The translations under genes and the position numbers were made by a program. Below are positions 20,362 to 29,447 of a DNA stretch of 64,000 nt, piece after piece. How positions within the stretch are numbered: the stretch's first letter is position 1; every line of letters starts with the position of its first letter. Source of the DNA: Candidatus Subterrananammoxibius californiae (GTDB taxonomy: Bacteria > Planctomycetota > Brocadiia > Brocadiales > Subterrananammoxibiaceae); contig JAURAC010000011.1 of NCBI GenBank assembly GCA_030586555.1, positions 1 to 64,000 on the forward strand, given 5' to 3'. Under the pieces are notes generated by a model that saw nothing but the letters and a program-made list of their open reading frames with translations, was not told the origin of the DNA and did not search any database.

Positions 20362-20982
20362 ATGTCCGAAAGCAATACAAAATTTATAACCTATACAGGG
20401 CCCAGCATGAACCCCACTCTGAAGGCGCCTGATATGTTAGAGGTCATTCCTTACGATGGCAACAAGATTCGATGTGGTGACGTAGTCGTCTTTGTCCCCC
20501 CAGGAGGAAACCACAAGGTTATACACCGCATTATCTCCATTGATTCGCAAGGAATCAGGACGCGAGGCGACCACAATGCTAACGTTGATGAGTGGGTCCT
20601 TTGTCCCGATGACATCGTTGGACGTGTCATTCGTACCCAGAGGGGAGACAGATGGTTGCGTATATACGGGGGACTGATGGGTAGAGTGTACGCATTTTTT
20701 TTAAGAACTATCCGCAAGATTAATTATTATCTAATATCTTGCCCGCTCCATTTTCCATATCGCTGGCTTGCCAAATCGGGTATTTTTAGAGGCTGGCTGG
20801 CTGAACGATTGAAAATTCATGTTCTAACATTTAACCGGTCTTACGGGAAAGACATGCAGTTACTGATGGGACGCCGGGTAATAGGCCGCTACCTTCGTGA
20901 TAAGAACAAATGGATGATAAGGCGGCCATTCAGGCTGGTTGTTGATGAGGCATCCCTTCCTAAGGGTACAACGGAACAATAA
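20362..20982 (+). CDS. S24/S26 signal-peptidase-like protein without a TM anchor
   Basis: GPSMNPTL, GDVVVF, VIHRII and TRGDHN motifs. Confidence 0.8.
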   Translation: MSESNTKFITYTGPSMNPTLKAPDMLEVIPYDGNKIRCGDVVVFVPPGGNHKVIHRIISIDSQGIRTRGDHNANVDEWVLCPDDIVGRVIRTQRGDRWLRIYGGLMGRVYAFFLRTIRKINYYLISCPLHFPYRWLAKSGIFRGWLAERLKIHVLTFNRSYGKDMQLLMGRRVIGRYLRDKNKWMIRRPFRLVVDEASLPKGTTEQ

Positions 20983-21001
20983 CTTAAAAGGAGGACGAAA
21001 A

Positions 21002-21238
21002 ATGGGTGAAGAAAGTAAGAAAAAGAAGTTAGTTTACGAGATACCTAAACTTGTTAAAATAGGCGATGTTACGGCACAAGGACGGTGCTGGAATGGCAGC
21101 GGAGATAGTACAAACTGCAATACCGGTAACTCTGCCGGGGCTTTCTGCACGACTGGTAATACACCAACCCTTGGTTGCTCGGACGGCAACTCGCCAGGGG
21201 GTGCTTGCGCCGTCGGTAATGGCGTAGGAGGGGGTTAA
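21002..21238 (+). CDS. RiPP precursor P2 (78 aa, 5 Cys)
   Basis: MGEESKKKKLVYEIPKLVKIGDVTAQGRCWNGSG plus 4x CxxGN; aggagg RBS. Confidence 0.88.
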   Translation: MGEESKKKKLVYEIPKLVKIGDVTAQGRCWNGSGDSTNCNTGNSAGAFCTTGNTPTLGCSDGNSPGGACAVGNGVGGG

Positions 21239-21285
21239 TCAGAAAACAAAACTCCATGTAACTGGTTTCTTACAAATAATTCAAA

Positions 21286-22443
21286 ATGAGTACTGTTATA
21301 AGTAAACAAACAAAACTCGCAGACTGGATGCAGCCTGTGGTAGAGGGCGTGCCGGTAAGGTTCATGAAGACGCCACGCCTGGTTGACATCGCCATAACGG
21401 GTAAATGCAACCTTAGCTGTAAGATTTGCTACTACGCCGACGAAATGGTTGCCCTGAACGACCTTCCCACATCAAAGTGGCTGGAGTTCTTCGATGAACT
21501 CGGTAAATTGAACGTCATACAGGTACTGCTGACGGGCGGTGAGCCTATGTCCCACCCAGATATACTTACATTCATTGATGCCGTCGTCAAGAACCGCATG
21601 TGCTTCAATATATATTCCAACGGCATGCTGTTCAATCATGAAAACGCACAGTACATTAAAGATACTGGCCGCTGCAACCTCATATTTGTTTCCATTGACG
21701 GTTCCTGCCCGGAGGTACACGATAAGATTCGTGGTGAAGGAGCTTTCGTCAAGGCGGTGCGGGGCATCCAGATATTACAGGAAGTCGGTCTTTCGGTGAA
21801 TGTCCGCGTAACAATCAATCGGACCAACCACAAGGACCTGCCTAACATTATTAAGTTCCTGTTTGACGACCTCTGTGTGAAAAACGTTTGTACCAACGAA
21901 ACCTTCCCTCGTGGTTCCTACCAGGGCAACATTAACGACTTCTATTTGACCCGTGAGGAACGCTGGGAGGTGGCGCTGACGTGCCTTGAATACGCCGAGA
22001 AATACCCGGCGCTAACCAATGCCTATGACGGGCCTATGTCACTATTCCGTAAGTTCAAACAAACTAAAGATGTCCTTAAACCGCAGGATGATGGAGCGCG
22101 TACCGGCGGCTATCTTACAACCTGCAAATGTTCCTTCCACTCGCTTGCCATTTTACACGATGGCAAAATTGTCCCATGTCACCAGTTGCCCCACATGGTA
22201 CTGGGAGAGGTCGGTGTTGATTCGATAAAGAAGGTCTGGGACGAATCGGCTGGTTTGCACTACCTTCGAACCCGCCATCGCATCCCGCTTGGGCAGCTCG
22301 ATGAGTGTCGTGGCTGCAGTTATCAGCAGTATTGTTCAGGGGGGTGTCCGGGCGCTGCTTATGCCATGACCGGCAAGATGACGGTGCGCAATCCGCGCGA
22401 CTGTTACCGTATATTGTTAGGAGAGGAATCCGAATATACCTAA
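21286..22443 (+). CDS. scmE: Radical SAM/SPASM peptide maturase (ScmE-like, copy 2)
   Basis: CNLSCKIC; colinear close paralogue of 15528-16706. Confidence 0.85.
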   Translation: MSTVISKQTKLADWMQPVVEGVPVRFMKTPRLVDIAITGKCNLSCKICYYADEMVALNDLPTSKWLEFFDELGKLNVIQVLLTGGEPMSHPDILTFIDAVVKNRMCFNIYSNGMLFNHENAQYIKDTGRCNLIFVSIDGSCPEVHDKIRGEGAFVKAVRGIQILQEVGLSVNVRVTINRTNHKDLPNIIKFLFDDLCVKNVCTNETFPRGSYQGNINDFYLTREERWEVALTCLEYAEKYPALTNAYDGPMSLFRKFKQTKDVLKPQDDGARTGGYLTTCKCSFHSLAILHDGKIVPCHQLPHMVLGEVGVDSIKKVWDESAGLHYLRTRHRIPLGQLDECRGCSYQQYCSGGCPGAAYAMTGKMTVRNPRDCYRILLGEESEYT

Positions 22444-22465
22444 AATCCAAAAAGGAGATTGCAAA

Positions 22466-22648
22466 ATGAGTGAAGAAAAAAAGAAAGAACGTAAAATGAA
22501 ATATGAGATACCTCGGCTCGTTAGAATAGGCGATGTTACGGCAAAGGGAGATTGCTGGAATGGCAGCGGGGATACTTCAGACTGTAATATAGGAAACGCA
22601 GCCAGCCCTGATTGCCCTCAAGGCAATGGCGTCATTACTGTGGATTAA
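22466..22648 (+). CDS. RiPP precursor P3 (60 aa, 3 Cys)
   Basis: YEIPRLVRIGDVTAKGDCWNGSG..CNIGN..CPQGN; aggag RBS. Confidence 0.88.
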   Translation: MSEEKKKERKMKYEIPRLVRIGDVTAKGDCWNGSGDTSDCNIGNAASPDCPQGNGVITVD

Positions 22649-22807
22649 GGTTTTTTGGATAGAGATTGCAAACGCTATATTCTATCCCCGACATTTTTCT
22701 GTATCAAGCGTGATTGGCAAATGCGGACAGAACCTGTTTGAAAATTAACAATTACTTAATATTTAAGATATACCTCTGTTTATTAAATCAGTTTTGGATT
22801 TATCGAA

Positions 22808-24433
22808 ATGTTGGTTGATGTCCCTTATACATTTGATTATAAATCATTAGCGGCTTTTATTACTCCGCAACGGCAAGCTCGCTTGACAGCCATTGCAGAG
22901 CAAATAATAGAGGAAAATCCGTCTGTACAAAATACCACATGGCTTGAATTAGTAAAAATATTGGGGCAAGACTTCCTCAGCGATTACCGAATTACACCTG
23001 CTCATTTACAACTTTTAACTAATAAGGTAGGTATACCCCCTGATAAAATATCTGAAATAAATCGTATGGCTGACCTGTTGAACAAGAATACCTTCAGCAA
23101 TTATAAGGATATTATACAGCTTTACAAAGAGATTAATCCTGAAAATGATACCCAGTCCGTTCCACAAAAAATAACAGAAGCATTCAGGACTTTATTTCTT
23201 ATTGAAATAAATCTTAGACTGCAAATTATTTATCGGGTCTATTTATCCACAGTTCTTTCCAAGTCTAATTTAAACCACAGTCAAAAAATAGAAACTTTAT
23301 ATGAGGTTGAGCACCTTGCCTACATGCTGTTAAATGTTTCAAATCTTGAAAAATTGTTCGAATGGCTTGCTTCGGAAGACCCTCAATTGGAAATTGATAA
23401 GTGCTTACGAAATTTGTCCAATTTTGCTTTCTACGTTAATGTAGTCACTTTTCGAATGACGAACCAGTGTAATATTTCTTGCAGGCATTGTTACAACTTT
23501 TCTGGACCAAGCAATGATAAACATGAAATCGCTTTAAACAAAATGATTCAAATAGTACGGGAAATGCCGAAAGTTAATATCCGACAGGTGAACATTTCCG
23601 GAGGCGAGCCCTTTTTACGCCTCGACGCACTCTTAAAACTTATTAGAGAAGCCCGGAAGCAAAAGATAGACAGCATAAGCATCCTTACAAATGGATTCTG
23701 GGCTAAATCAGAAAAAGAGACAAGAAAAATACTCAAAAATCTTAAAGAAGCCGGTTTTATGAACAATGGACATCATACCGATTTCATCACGCCAAGCGCA
23801 GGGGTTTTTCATCAGGAATTTATTCCTTTGCAAACAATCATGAATCTTTGCAAAATGTATTACGAAATATATCAAAAGCCTATTAAGGTTTTGTGTGAAC
23901 TTTTTAATAATTCACCGGATTACAAAATCAACCTTTTCCACGAAATTTTGCGCAATAACCTCAATGAGAAAGTAAGCGTGCTATATAGAGAGGTTTTCCC
24001 TATGGGACGTGGAGAGCAATTATCAAAAGAAATTAGTTTCAAACATTCCACCAGTTTTCCCCGATGCAGGGGAATCAACATGGTCGTATTTGACCCCGAT
24101 GGAAGCGCTAAGCCTTGTTGCGGTATGAATGTGAATATTGACGGCATTAACATAGGAAGCATATATAAAGATGATTTAAGTTCGATTATAAAAAATATGC
24201 AAAACAATCCTATTCTGCAATTTCTATCAAAAAATCCGATGGGAAAAATTTTTGACTATTTAGAGGAACCCCCGAATCCTCGTGGTTACACTGGGGAGTG
24301 CTCTCTATGCGAGCACGTTTTGGGAAGTTTAGATAACGTTGAGCCTCTTGAGCAAAAACTCACCAGTTCTCAAGACTTTTACCCCTTCTGGTTCTCAAAA
24401 GAAAAATTGTTACTTTATTCAGATAGCAATTAA
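22808..24433 (+). CDS. Radical SAM protein with ~200-aa N-terminal extension and Twitch/SPASM-like C-terminus
   Basis: CNISCRHC, ISGGEP, TNGFWA, C...PDGSAKPCC...ECSLC. Confidence 0.8.
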   Translation: MLVDVPYTFDYKSLAAFITPQRQARLTAIAEQIIEENPSVQNTTWLELVKILGQDFLSDYRITPAHLQLLTNKVGIPPDKISEINRMADLLNKNTFSNYKDIIQLYKEINPENDTQSVPQKITEAFRTLFLIEINLRLQIIYRVYLSTVLSKSNLNHSQKIETLYEVEHLAYMLLNVSNLEKLFEWLASEDPQLEIDKCLRNLSNFAFYVNVVTFRMTNQCNISCRHCYNFSGPSNDKHEIALNKMIQIVREMPKVNIRQVNISGGEPFLRLDALLKLIREARKQKIDSISILTNGFWAKSEKETRKILKNLKEAGFMNNGHHTDFITPSAGVFHQEFIPLQTIMNLCKMYYEIYQKPIKVLCELFNNSPDYKINLFHEILRNNLNEKVSVLYREVFPMGRGEQLSKEISFKHSTSFPRCRGINMVVFDPDGSAKPCCGMNVNIDGINIGSIYKDDLSSIIKNMQNNPILQFLSKNPMGKIFDYLEEPPNPRGYTGECSLCEHVLGSLDNVEPLEQKLTSSQDFYPFWFSKEKLLLYSDSN

Positions 24434-24480
24434 CGCTTCATTTTGTATAACTGTGTTAAACTTAGAACGGAGCATTCGAC

Positions 24481-26298
24481 TTGTCAAAAGACACTTCGGT
24501 AAAAGAAAAGATTAAGCATTCCTTGCACATCGGGCGTGCCATACGCCTTGTATGGCAGGCTGCCCCGGGCTGGACGATAGCCAACATTGCACTCATCTTC
24601 GTACAGGGCGTTTTACCACTGCTGGCGCTCTACCTCATGAAGTTAATTGTGGATGCGGTGACGGCTGGTATTTCAGCCCCTGATAAAGTAGATGCCTTCT
24701 GGCATGTAGCACTTCTAATCGGCATAGCCGGCGGGGTCGCCATCTTCAGCACCCTATGCAGTTCAATTTCGGGACTCATCAGAGAGAATCAGTCTCTTGT
24801 GGTAACGGACCACGTCAGTGATATCCTCCACGCCAAGTCCATTGAGGTTGACCTTGAGTATTATGAAAACTCGCAGTACTATGACAAGCTCCACCGTGCA
24901 CAGAAAGAAGCCCCCCACCGACCCTCACGCATTGTGAGTGGTTTGACGAGTCTCTCCAAGAGCGGAATCTCCCTGTTAGCAATGGCTGGTTTACTGTTCT
25001 CATTTAATTATGCCATTGGGATAATCCTGTTCGTTTCAGTCTTTCCGGGAATATTTGTACGTTTAAAGTATGCAGACAAGATGTTTAAATGGCATCGGAA
25101 AAGAACGCAGACGGAGCGGATGGCAAGTTACTTTAACTGGCTGCTAACGGGAGACGCACATGCAAAGGAAACCCGGCTGTTTGACCTGGGACAGCTATTC
25201 ATCGGCCGCTTTCGCAATTTGCGCAAGCTGCTTCGCAAGGAAAGACTTGACCTTACCACAAGACGGTCCATCGCAGAACTGCTTACCCAGACTTGCGCAA
25301 GTATGGCTATATTTGGTTCATATGCATTCATCGCTTACAGGACTGTACAGGGCAACATCACCCTCGGTGATTTGGTTATGTATTTCCAGGCATTTCAGCG
25401 CGGACAGGGGTATCTTCAGGAGATGCTAATGGGTATTGCTGGTCTTTACGAGGACAACCTGTTTCTTTCTAATCTATATGAGTTCCTGGACCTGAAACCA
25501 AAGGTCGCTGAACCGTTGCATCCGACGCCCGTTACCCGACCCATGCAAACAGGCATCGTGTTTGACCATGTGAGTTTTCAGTACCCTACCGGAAGCAGAA
25601 AGGTGATTGAGGACATCTCCCTGACCATTCGTCCGGGGGAGAAGGTGGCATTAGTGGGCGAGAACGGTGCGGGCAAAACGACGCTTATAAAACTGTTGTG
25701 TAGGTTATACGACCCTACGGAAGGAAGGATTACCCTCGATGGTGTTGATTTGCGTCAGTTTGAAATATCGGCGCTGCGGCGTGAAATCGGCGTTATTTTT
25801 CAGGACTACTCACGCTATCATCTAACGGCTCGAGAAAACATCTGGTTTGGAAACATCAACCTCCCATCCGATGACGAACGAATTGTTACCGCAGGTCGTC
25901 AAGCGGGTGCAGATGATGTGATAACAAGCTTGCCTAATGGCTACGAAACGGTCATAGGTAAGTGGTTTGAGGGTGGAGAAGAACTAAGCATTGGCGAGTG
26001 GCAGAAGGTGGCGCTTGCACGAGCGTTTCTGCGTGATGCGCAGATAATCGTGCTTGATGAACCAACCAGTTCCCTGGACGTAAAGGGTGAGTATGAGGTC
26101 TTTAAGAAATTCCGCCAATTAGCCGATGGTCAGGCAGCCATACTCATCAGTCATCGTTTTTCAACCGTCAGGATGGCTGACCGCATCTACGTGCTAAATG
26201 GTGGTAGAATAATCGAAAACGGCACACATGATGAACTGGTTCAACTCGGCGGGATGTATGCACACTTGTTTGAAACTCAAGCGCAGTATTATCGGTGA
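24481..26298 (+). CDS. ABC exporter (fused permease/ATPase, no C39 domain)
   Basis: TM region, GENGAGKT, LSIGEWQK, LDEPTSSLD, ISHR. Confidence 0.92.
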   Translation: MSKDTSVKEKIKHSLHIGRAIRLVWQAAPGWTIANIALIFVQGVLPLLALYLMKLIVDAVTAGISAPDKVDAFWHVALLIGIAGGVAIFSTLCSSISGLIRENQSLVVTDHVSDILHAKSIEVDLEYYENSQYYDKLHRAQKEAPHRPSRIVSGLTSLSKSGISLLAMAGLLFSFNYAIGIILFVSVFPGIFVRLKYADKMFKWHRKRTQTERMASYFNWLLTGDAHAKETRLFDLGQLFIGRFRNLRKLLRKERLDLTTRRSIAELLTQTCASMAIFGSYAFIAYRTVQGNITLGDLVMYFQAFQRGQGYLQEMLMGIAGLYEDNLFLSNLYEFLDLKPKVAEPLHPTPVTRPMQTGIVFDHVSFQYPTGSRKVIEDISLTIRPGEKVALVGENGAGKTTLIKLLCRLYDPTEGRITLDGVDLRQFEISALRREIGVIFQDYSRYHLTARENIWFGNINLPSDDERIVTAGRQAGADDVITSLPNGYETVIGKWFEGGEELSIGEWQKVALARAFLRDAQIIVLDEPTSSLDVKGEYEVFKKFRQLADGQAAILISHRFSTVRMADRIYVLNGGRIIENGTHDELVQLGGMYAHLFETQAQYYR

Positions 26299-26327
26299 AG
26301 GCTTTAATAATATTCTAAGGTACTTGA

Positions 26328-27584
26328 ATGGATAAAAAAAATATAGACGAGTTGTTACTCTATTGTCTTAGTAAGGAGACTGACAAAGCAATGGCGGAAA
26401 GGCTTGCACAACTTTCTCCTTCTGATTGGGAATGTCTCATTCAACAATCAGTCAGGCATTGGGTTGCCCCTTTGCTGTATCAGCGCTTAAATGCACTTGA
26501 CACAGCCACCACGATTCCGGCAGACATTGCGCAGAGATTGCGAGAAATATATCTTCAATGTGCGCTTAAGAACTCGCTTCTATACCGCGAACTTGCTAAA
26601 GTACTCGGTACATTACATGACAATAACATACCTGTTATTGCGCTAAAGGGGATACACCTGGCGGAAGTCGTCTACGGGAATATAGCCCTCAGACCAATGA
26701 GTGACGTTGACATACTGGTCAAAAAATCCGACTTAACAAGGGTAGAGGAAAAATTACGGGGGGCAGGCTATGCATTAATGACTTATAGAAAATATAATAA
26801 AGCCTGGTTAGAAAAATACAATTGCCACTTTATCTTTACGCCCCTGATTAAATCAGGGGCAAACGGCGGAAGGTTGTATTTAGAGGTTCATTGGCACGTA
26901 CAGCGTCCTGACTCTCCCTTCAAGTTAGACGTGGATTATTTCTTTGAAAGAGCCCAACCAGTCACAATAGCTGGTATCGCGGTGTTGGCGCTGTCTCCCG
27001 AAGACCTGCTGCTGCACCTGTGCATAAACTCGGTCAAAGACCGGTTCTCTTTAGGGCTAAGGGCTTTTTGCGATATTTCCGAAACGATTTGGCATTACCA
27101 GGGCAGAATAGATTGGGAACAATTGCAGAAACGCGTCAGCCAGTGGGGCGCTCGTAAGCCTGTCTACCTTATATTTTGTTTAGCCCGCAAATTATTGGGA
27201 GCAGGCGTGCCAGATGATGTGTTGGACGCCCTCAAGCCTGATGGCTTTGACCCGCGGGTAGAAACCTGGGCAAGAGAGCATATTTTTGACAAACATGAAT
27301 CACCGCCAATAACAACATCCAACCTGAGTTTGTGGCGTCTCAAGCGGTTTCGGGACAAAGTAAGATTTTTCATTACCAGGGTCTTCCCACATCCAAAAAA
27401 CATGGAGATATTATATTCCGTCCCCGCCAATTCCAGGCGCATCTATCTTTATTACCCTGCACATTTGAAAATCCTGCTCCGTAATCATGGCAAATCGGCG
27501 TGGCGGCTGTTGCGCCGTGATAAGAAAGCGATGGCAAAGGCCAGGAGGGTTAATAATCTGGCAGACTGGATGGAGTCAAGCTAA
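26328..27584 (+). CDS. Nucleotidyltransferase family protein (NTP_transf_5-like)
   Basis: IPVIALKG..LA..VY....LRPMSDVDILV, EVHW and LSPEDLLLHLC motifs. Confidence 0.85.
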   Translation: MDKKNIDELLLYCLSKETDKAMAERLAQLSPSDWECLIQQSVRHWVAPLLYQRLNALDTATTIPADIAQRLREIYLQCALKNSLLYRELAKVLGTLHDNNIPVIALKGIHLAEVVYGNIALRPMSDVDILVKKSDLTRVEEKLRGAGYALMTYRKYNKAWLEKYNCHFIFTPLIKSGANGGRLYLEVHWHVQRPDSPFKLDVDYFFERAQPVTIAGIAVLALSPEDLLLHLCINSVKDRFSLGLRAFCDISETIWHYQGRIDWEQLQKRVSQWGARKPVYLIFCLARKLLGAGVPDDVLDALKPDGFDPRVETWAREHIFDKHESPPITTSNLSLWRLKRFRDKVRFFITRVFPHPKNMEILYSVPANSRRIYLYYPAHLKILLRNHGKSAWRLLRRDKKAMAKARRVNNLADWMESS

Positions 27585-27889
27585 CAAGCTGGCAAATCAA
27601 AAATCAAAGACCAAAAATCAAAATGACATACCAAAATCCAAAATTTGAAAAGACAAATCTTCATTTTTAGTTTTTGGATTGTGTTTTTGATATTTGATTT
27701 TTGATATTTGATGTCCTCAACCTTCAGCCCTCAGCCTTTAGCCTAATTTCTTTGCCTCTTTACCTCTTTGCCTCAAGCAGGGACGGTCGCTCGGGCGGAT
27801 AAGGGTATTTATGACTTTCGCAAAGGTTTCGAAATATAGGAAATGCCCCTTATCCGTACCAGGAAGATTTTTCGTTTTATGAAAGACTA

Positions 27890-28099
27890 CTACTCCGTTC
27901 CTAACGAACCATTAAGGCAGAAATCATCCGCCGTGTTACCGTTATCGCAATCTCCGAGCGCCGAGTTGCCAGTACCGCAAAGACCACCTACGTCTGGTCC
28001 GCTACCATTTACGCAATCTCCCGCACCCTTGGCACCGTTTAGGTTAACAAGCCGTGGTTGCTCGTACACTAACTTCTTTTTCTTACCTTCTTCGCCCAT
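27890..28099 (-). CDS. RiPP precursor P4 (69 aa, 4 Cys)
   Basis: MGEEGKKKKLVYEQPRLV..GAGDCVNGSG..CGTGN..CDNGN..CLNGS. Confidence 0.88.
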   Translation of the reverse strand: MGEEGKKKKLVYEQPRLVNLNGAKGAGDCVNGSGPDVGGLCGTGNSALGDCDNGNTADDFCLNGSLGTE

Positions 28100-28444
28100 T
28101 TTTCTTCCTCCTTTTTCCACAAATACTAAATTCTAATTTCTAAATCCTAAACAAATTCAAAACTCTAATCATTAATACTAAAACATGTTTCGCTTTTTTT
28201 AGGTATTACCTATTACCCAAAATCATACTGTTTAGATTTTTTTATTTCGGTCATTTAATATTGTTTAGGATTTCGAGTTTAGTGCTTAGTATTTAAGTAA
28301 GCAACATTTTGCACATCTCTACTTGAACGAGATTCCGGTGGTAATGTAGAATTTCTGCTGGTTCAGACTCTTGTAGCTTGAACCAAAATAGGTTGATAGA
28401 TAGGTTTTGAGGGGCATATAGATTCTTCGTTTTATGGAAAACTA

Positions 28445-28678
28445 TCAGGGCGCCCCTCCTCCCGAACCAGTTGCGCATACGCCCGCCGTGTTACCAGAAT
28501 TGCATCCAAAGCCCGCCGCCGTGTTACCAGTCGCGCATACCGAGCCCGCCACGTTACCAGCATAACAGCCAGCATCACCGCTGCCAGTCCGGCAGTCTCC
28601 CGCGCCCGCAGCGCCACTTAGCTTAACAAGCCTAGGTTGCTCGTATTTCAACTTCTTTTTCTTTCCTTCTTCACCCAA
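28445..28678 (-). CDS. RiPP precursor P5 (77 aa, 5 Cys, TTG start)
   Basis: Same leader; CRTGSG, CYAGN, CATGN, CNSGN, CATGS. Confidence 0.85.
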   Translation of the reverse strand: MGEEGKKKKLKYEQPRLVKLSGAAGAGDCRTGSGDAGCYAGNVAGSVCATGNTAAGFGCNSGNTAGVCATGSGGGAP

Positions 28679-28697
28679 TTTTCTTCCTCCTTTAATT

Positions 28698-28745
28698 TAG
28701 GGACACATCCCATTTATTTTTACTTATAAATGGGATGTGTCCCTA
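28698..28745. repeat. 19-bp-stem hairpin between P6 and P5
   Basis: tagggacacatcccattta...taaatgggatgtgtcccta. Confidence 0.75.
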
Positions 28746-28819
28746 GTTGAAAAGGTTTCGAAATATGGGAAATGCCCCTTATCCGTACCAGGGAGATTTT
28801 TCGTTTTATGAAAAACTAA

Positions 28820-29050
28820 TCACCCAACGGCTAAACCGTTATCACAAATGCCGCCCGGCGAGTTACCGGATGTGCATCCCCCGTCCGCCGTGTTACCAAT
28901 CCCACAGGCAGTACTCGCCGCGTTACCATCATCACAGTCGCCTGTATCTCCGCTGCCATTTTCGCACTGTCCTGTTCCCGCAGCGCCACTTAGCTTAATA
29001 AGCCGTGGTTGCTCGTACACCAACTTCTTTTTCTTACCTTCTTCGCCCAT
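28820..29050 (-). CDS. RiPP precursor P6 (76 aa, 5 Cys)
   Basis: Same leader; CENGSG, CDDGN, CGIGN, CTSGN, CDNGL. Confidence 0.88.
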   Translation of the reverse strand: MGEEGKKKKLVYEQPRLIKLSGAAGTGQCENGSGDTGDCDDGNAASTACGIGNTADGGCTSGNSPGGICDNGLAVG

Positions 29051-29128
29051 TTTTCTTCCTCCTTTTATCGCCAATCCCCATTTTCATGAGGACAAGTACA
29101 TGGGTGGAATTGAAAATCGAATCTCGAT

Positions 29129-29186
29129 TCCCGCAGGGTATCTCTATCAGACCAGGACACTAACATAATTTATTATGATTGTCAAC
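29129..29186 (-). promoter_or_regulatory. Putative promoter and conserved leader for P6-P5-P4
   Basis: TTGACA-17-TAGTGT, then ctgatagagataccctgcggga; inverted twin at 31209-31266. Confidence 0.65.
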
Positions 29187-29260
29187 AGGAAAAGCAATGA
29201 CAAACGGGTCTTACAGCTTGCCCAACAATAGACATTGATGCCATAAGTCATTAATTAAGC

Positions 29261-29342
29261 TGTCATTGCGAGTCCGCCTACGGCGGACGTGGCAATCTTA
29301 TCATAAAATATGAGATTGCTTCGCCTTCGGCTCGCAATGACA
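29261..29342. repeat. GTCATTGCGAG...CTCGCAATGAC palindromic element
   Basis: Terminal inverted repeat with internal gcaatct/agattgc and gtccgcc/ggcggac stems. Confidence 0.7.
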
Positions 29343-29447
29343 AGCCCAATGTCTATTTTTGGGTAACAGCTTTAAACTGAGTCTTGAGTCCCGACTCTCT
29401 GACTCCCGACTCTCTGACATTTCCGTGGAGCGGATGCCCCCCTTACC

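Noticed and set aside
15171..27584. Lasso peptide or PQQ biosynthesis cluster
   Set aside because: No asparagine-synthetase-like cyclase or B2 protease; no PqqA (ExxxY), PqqB or PqqC.
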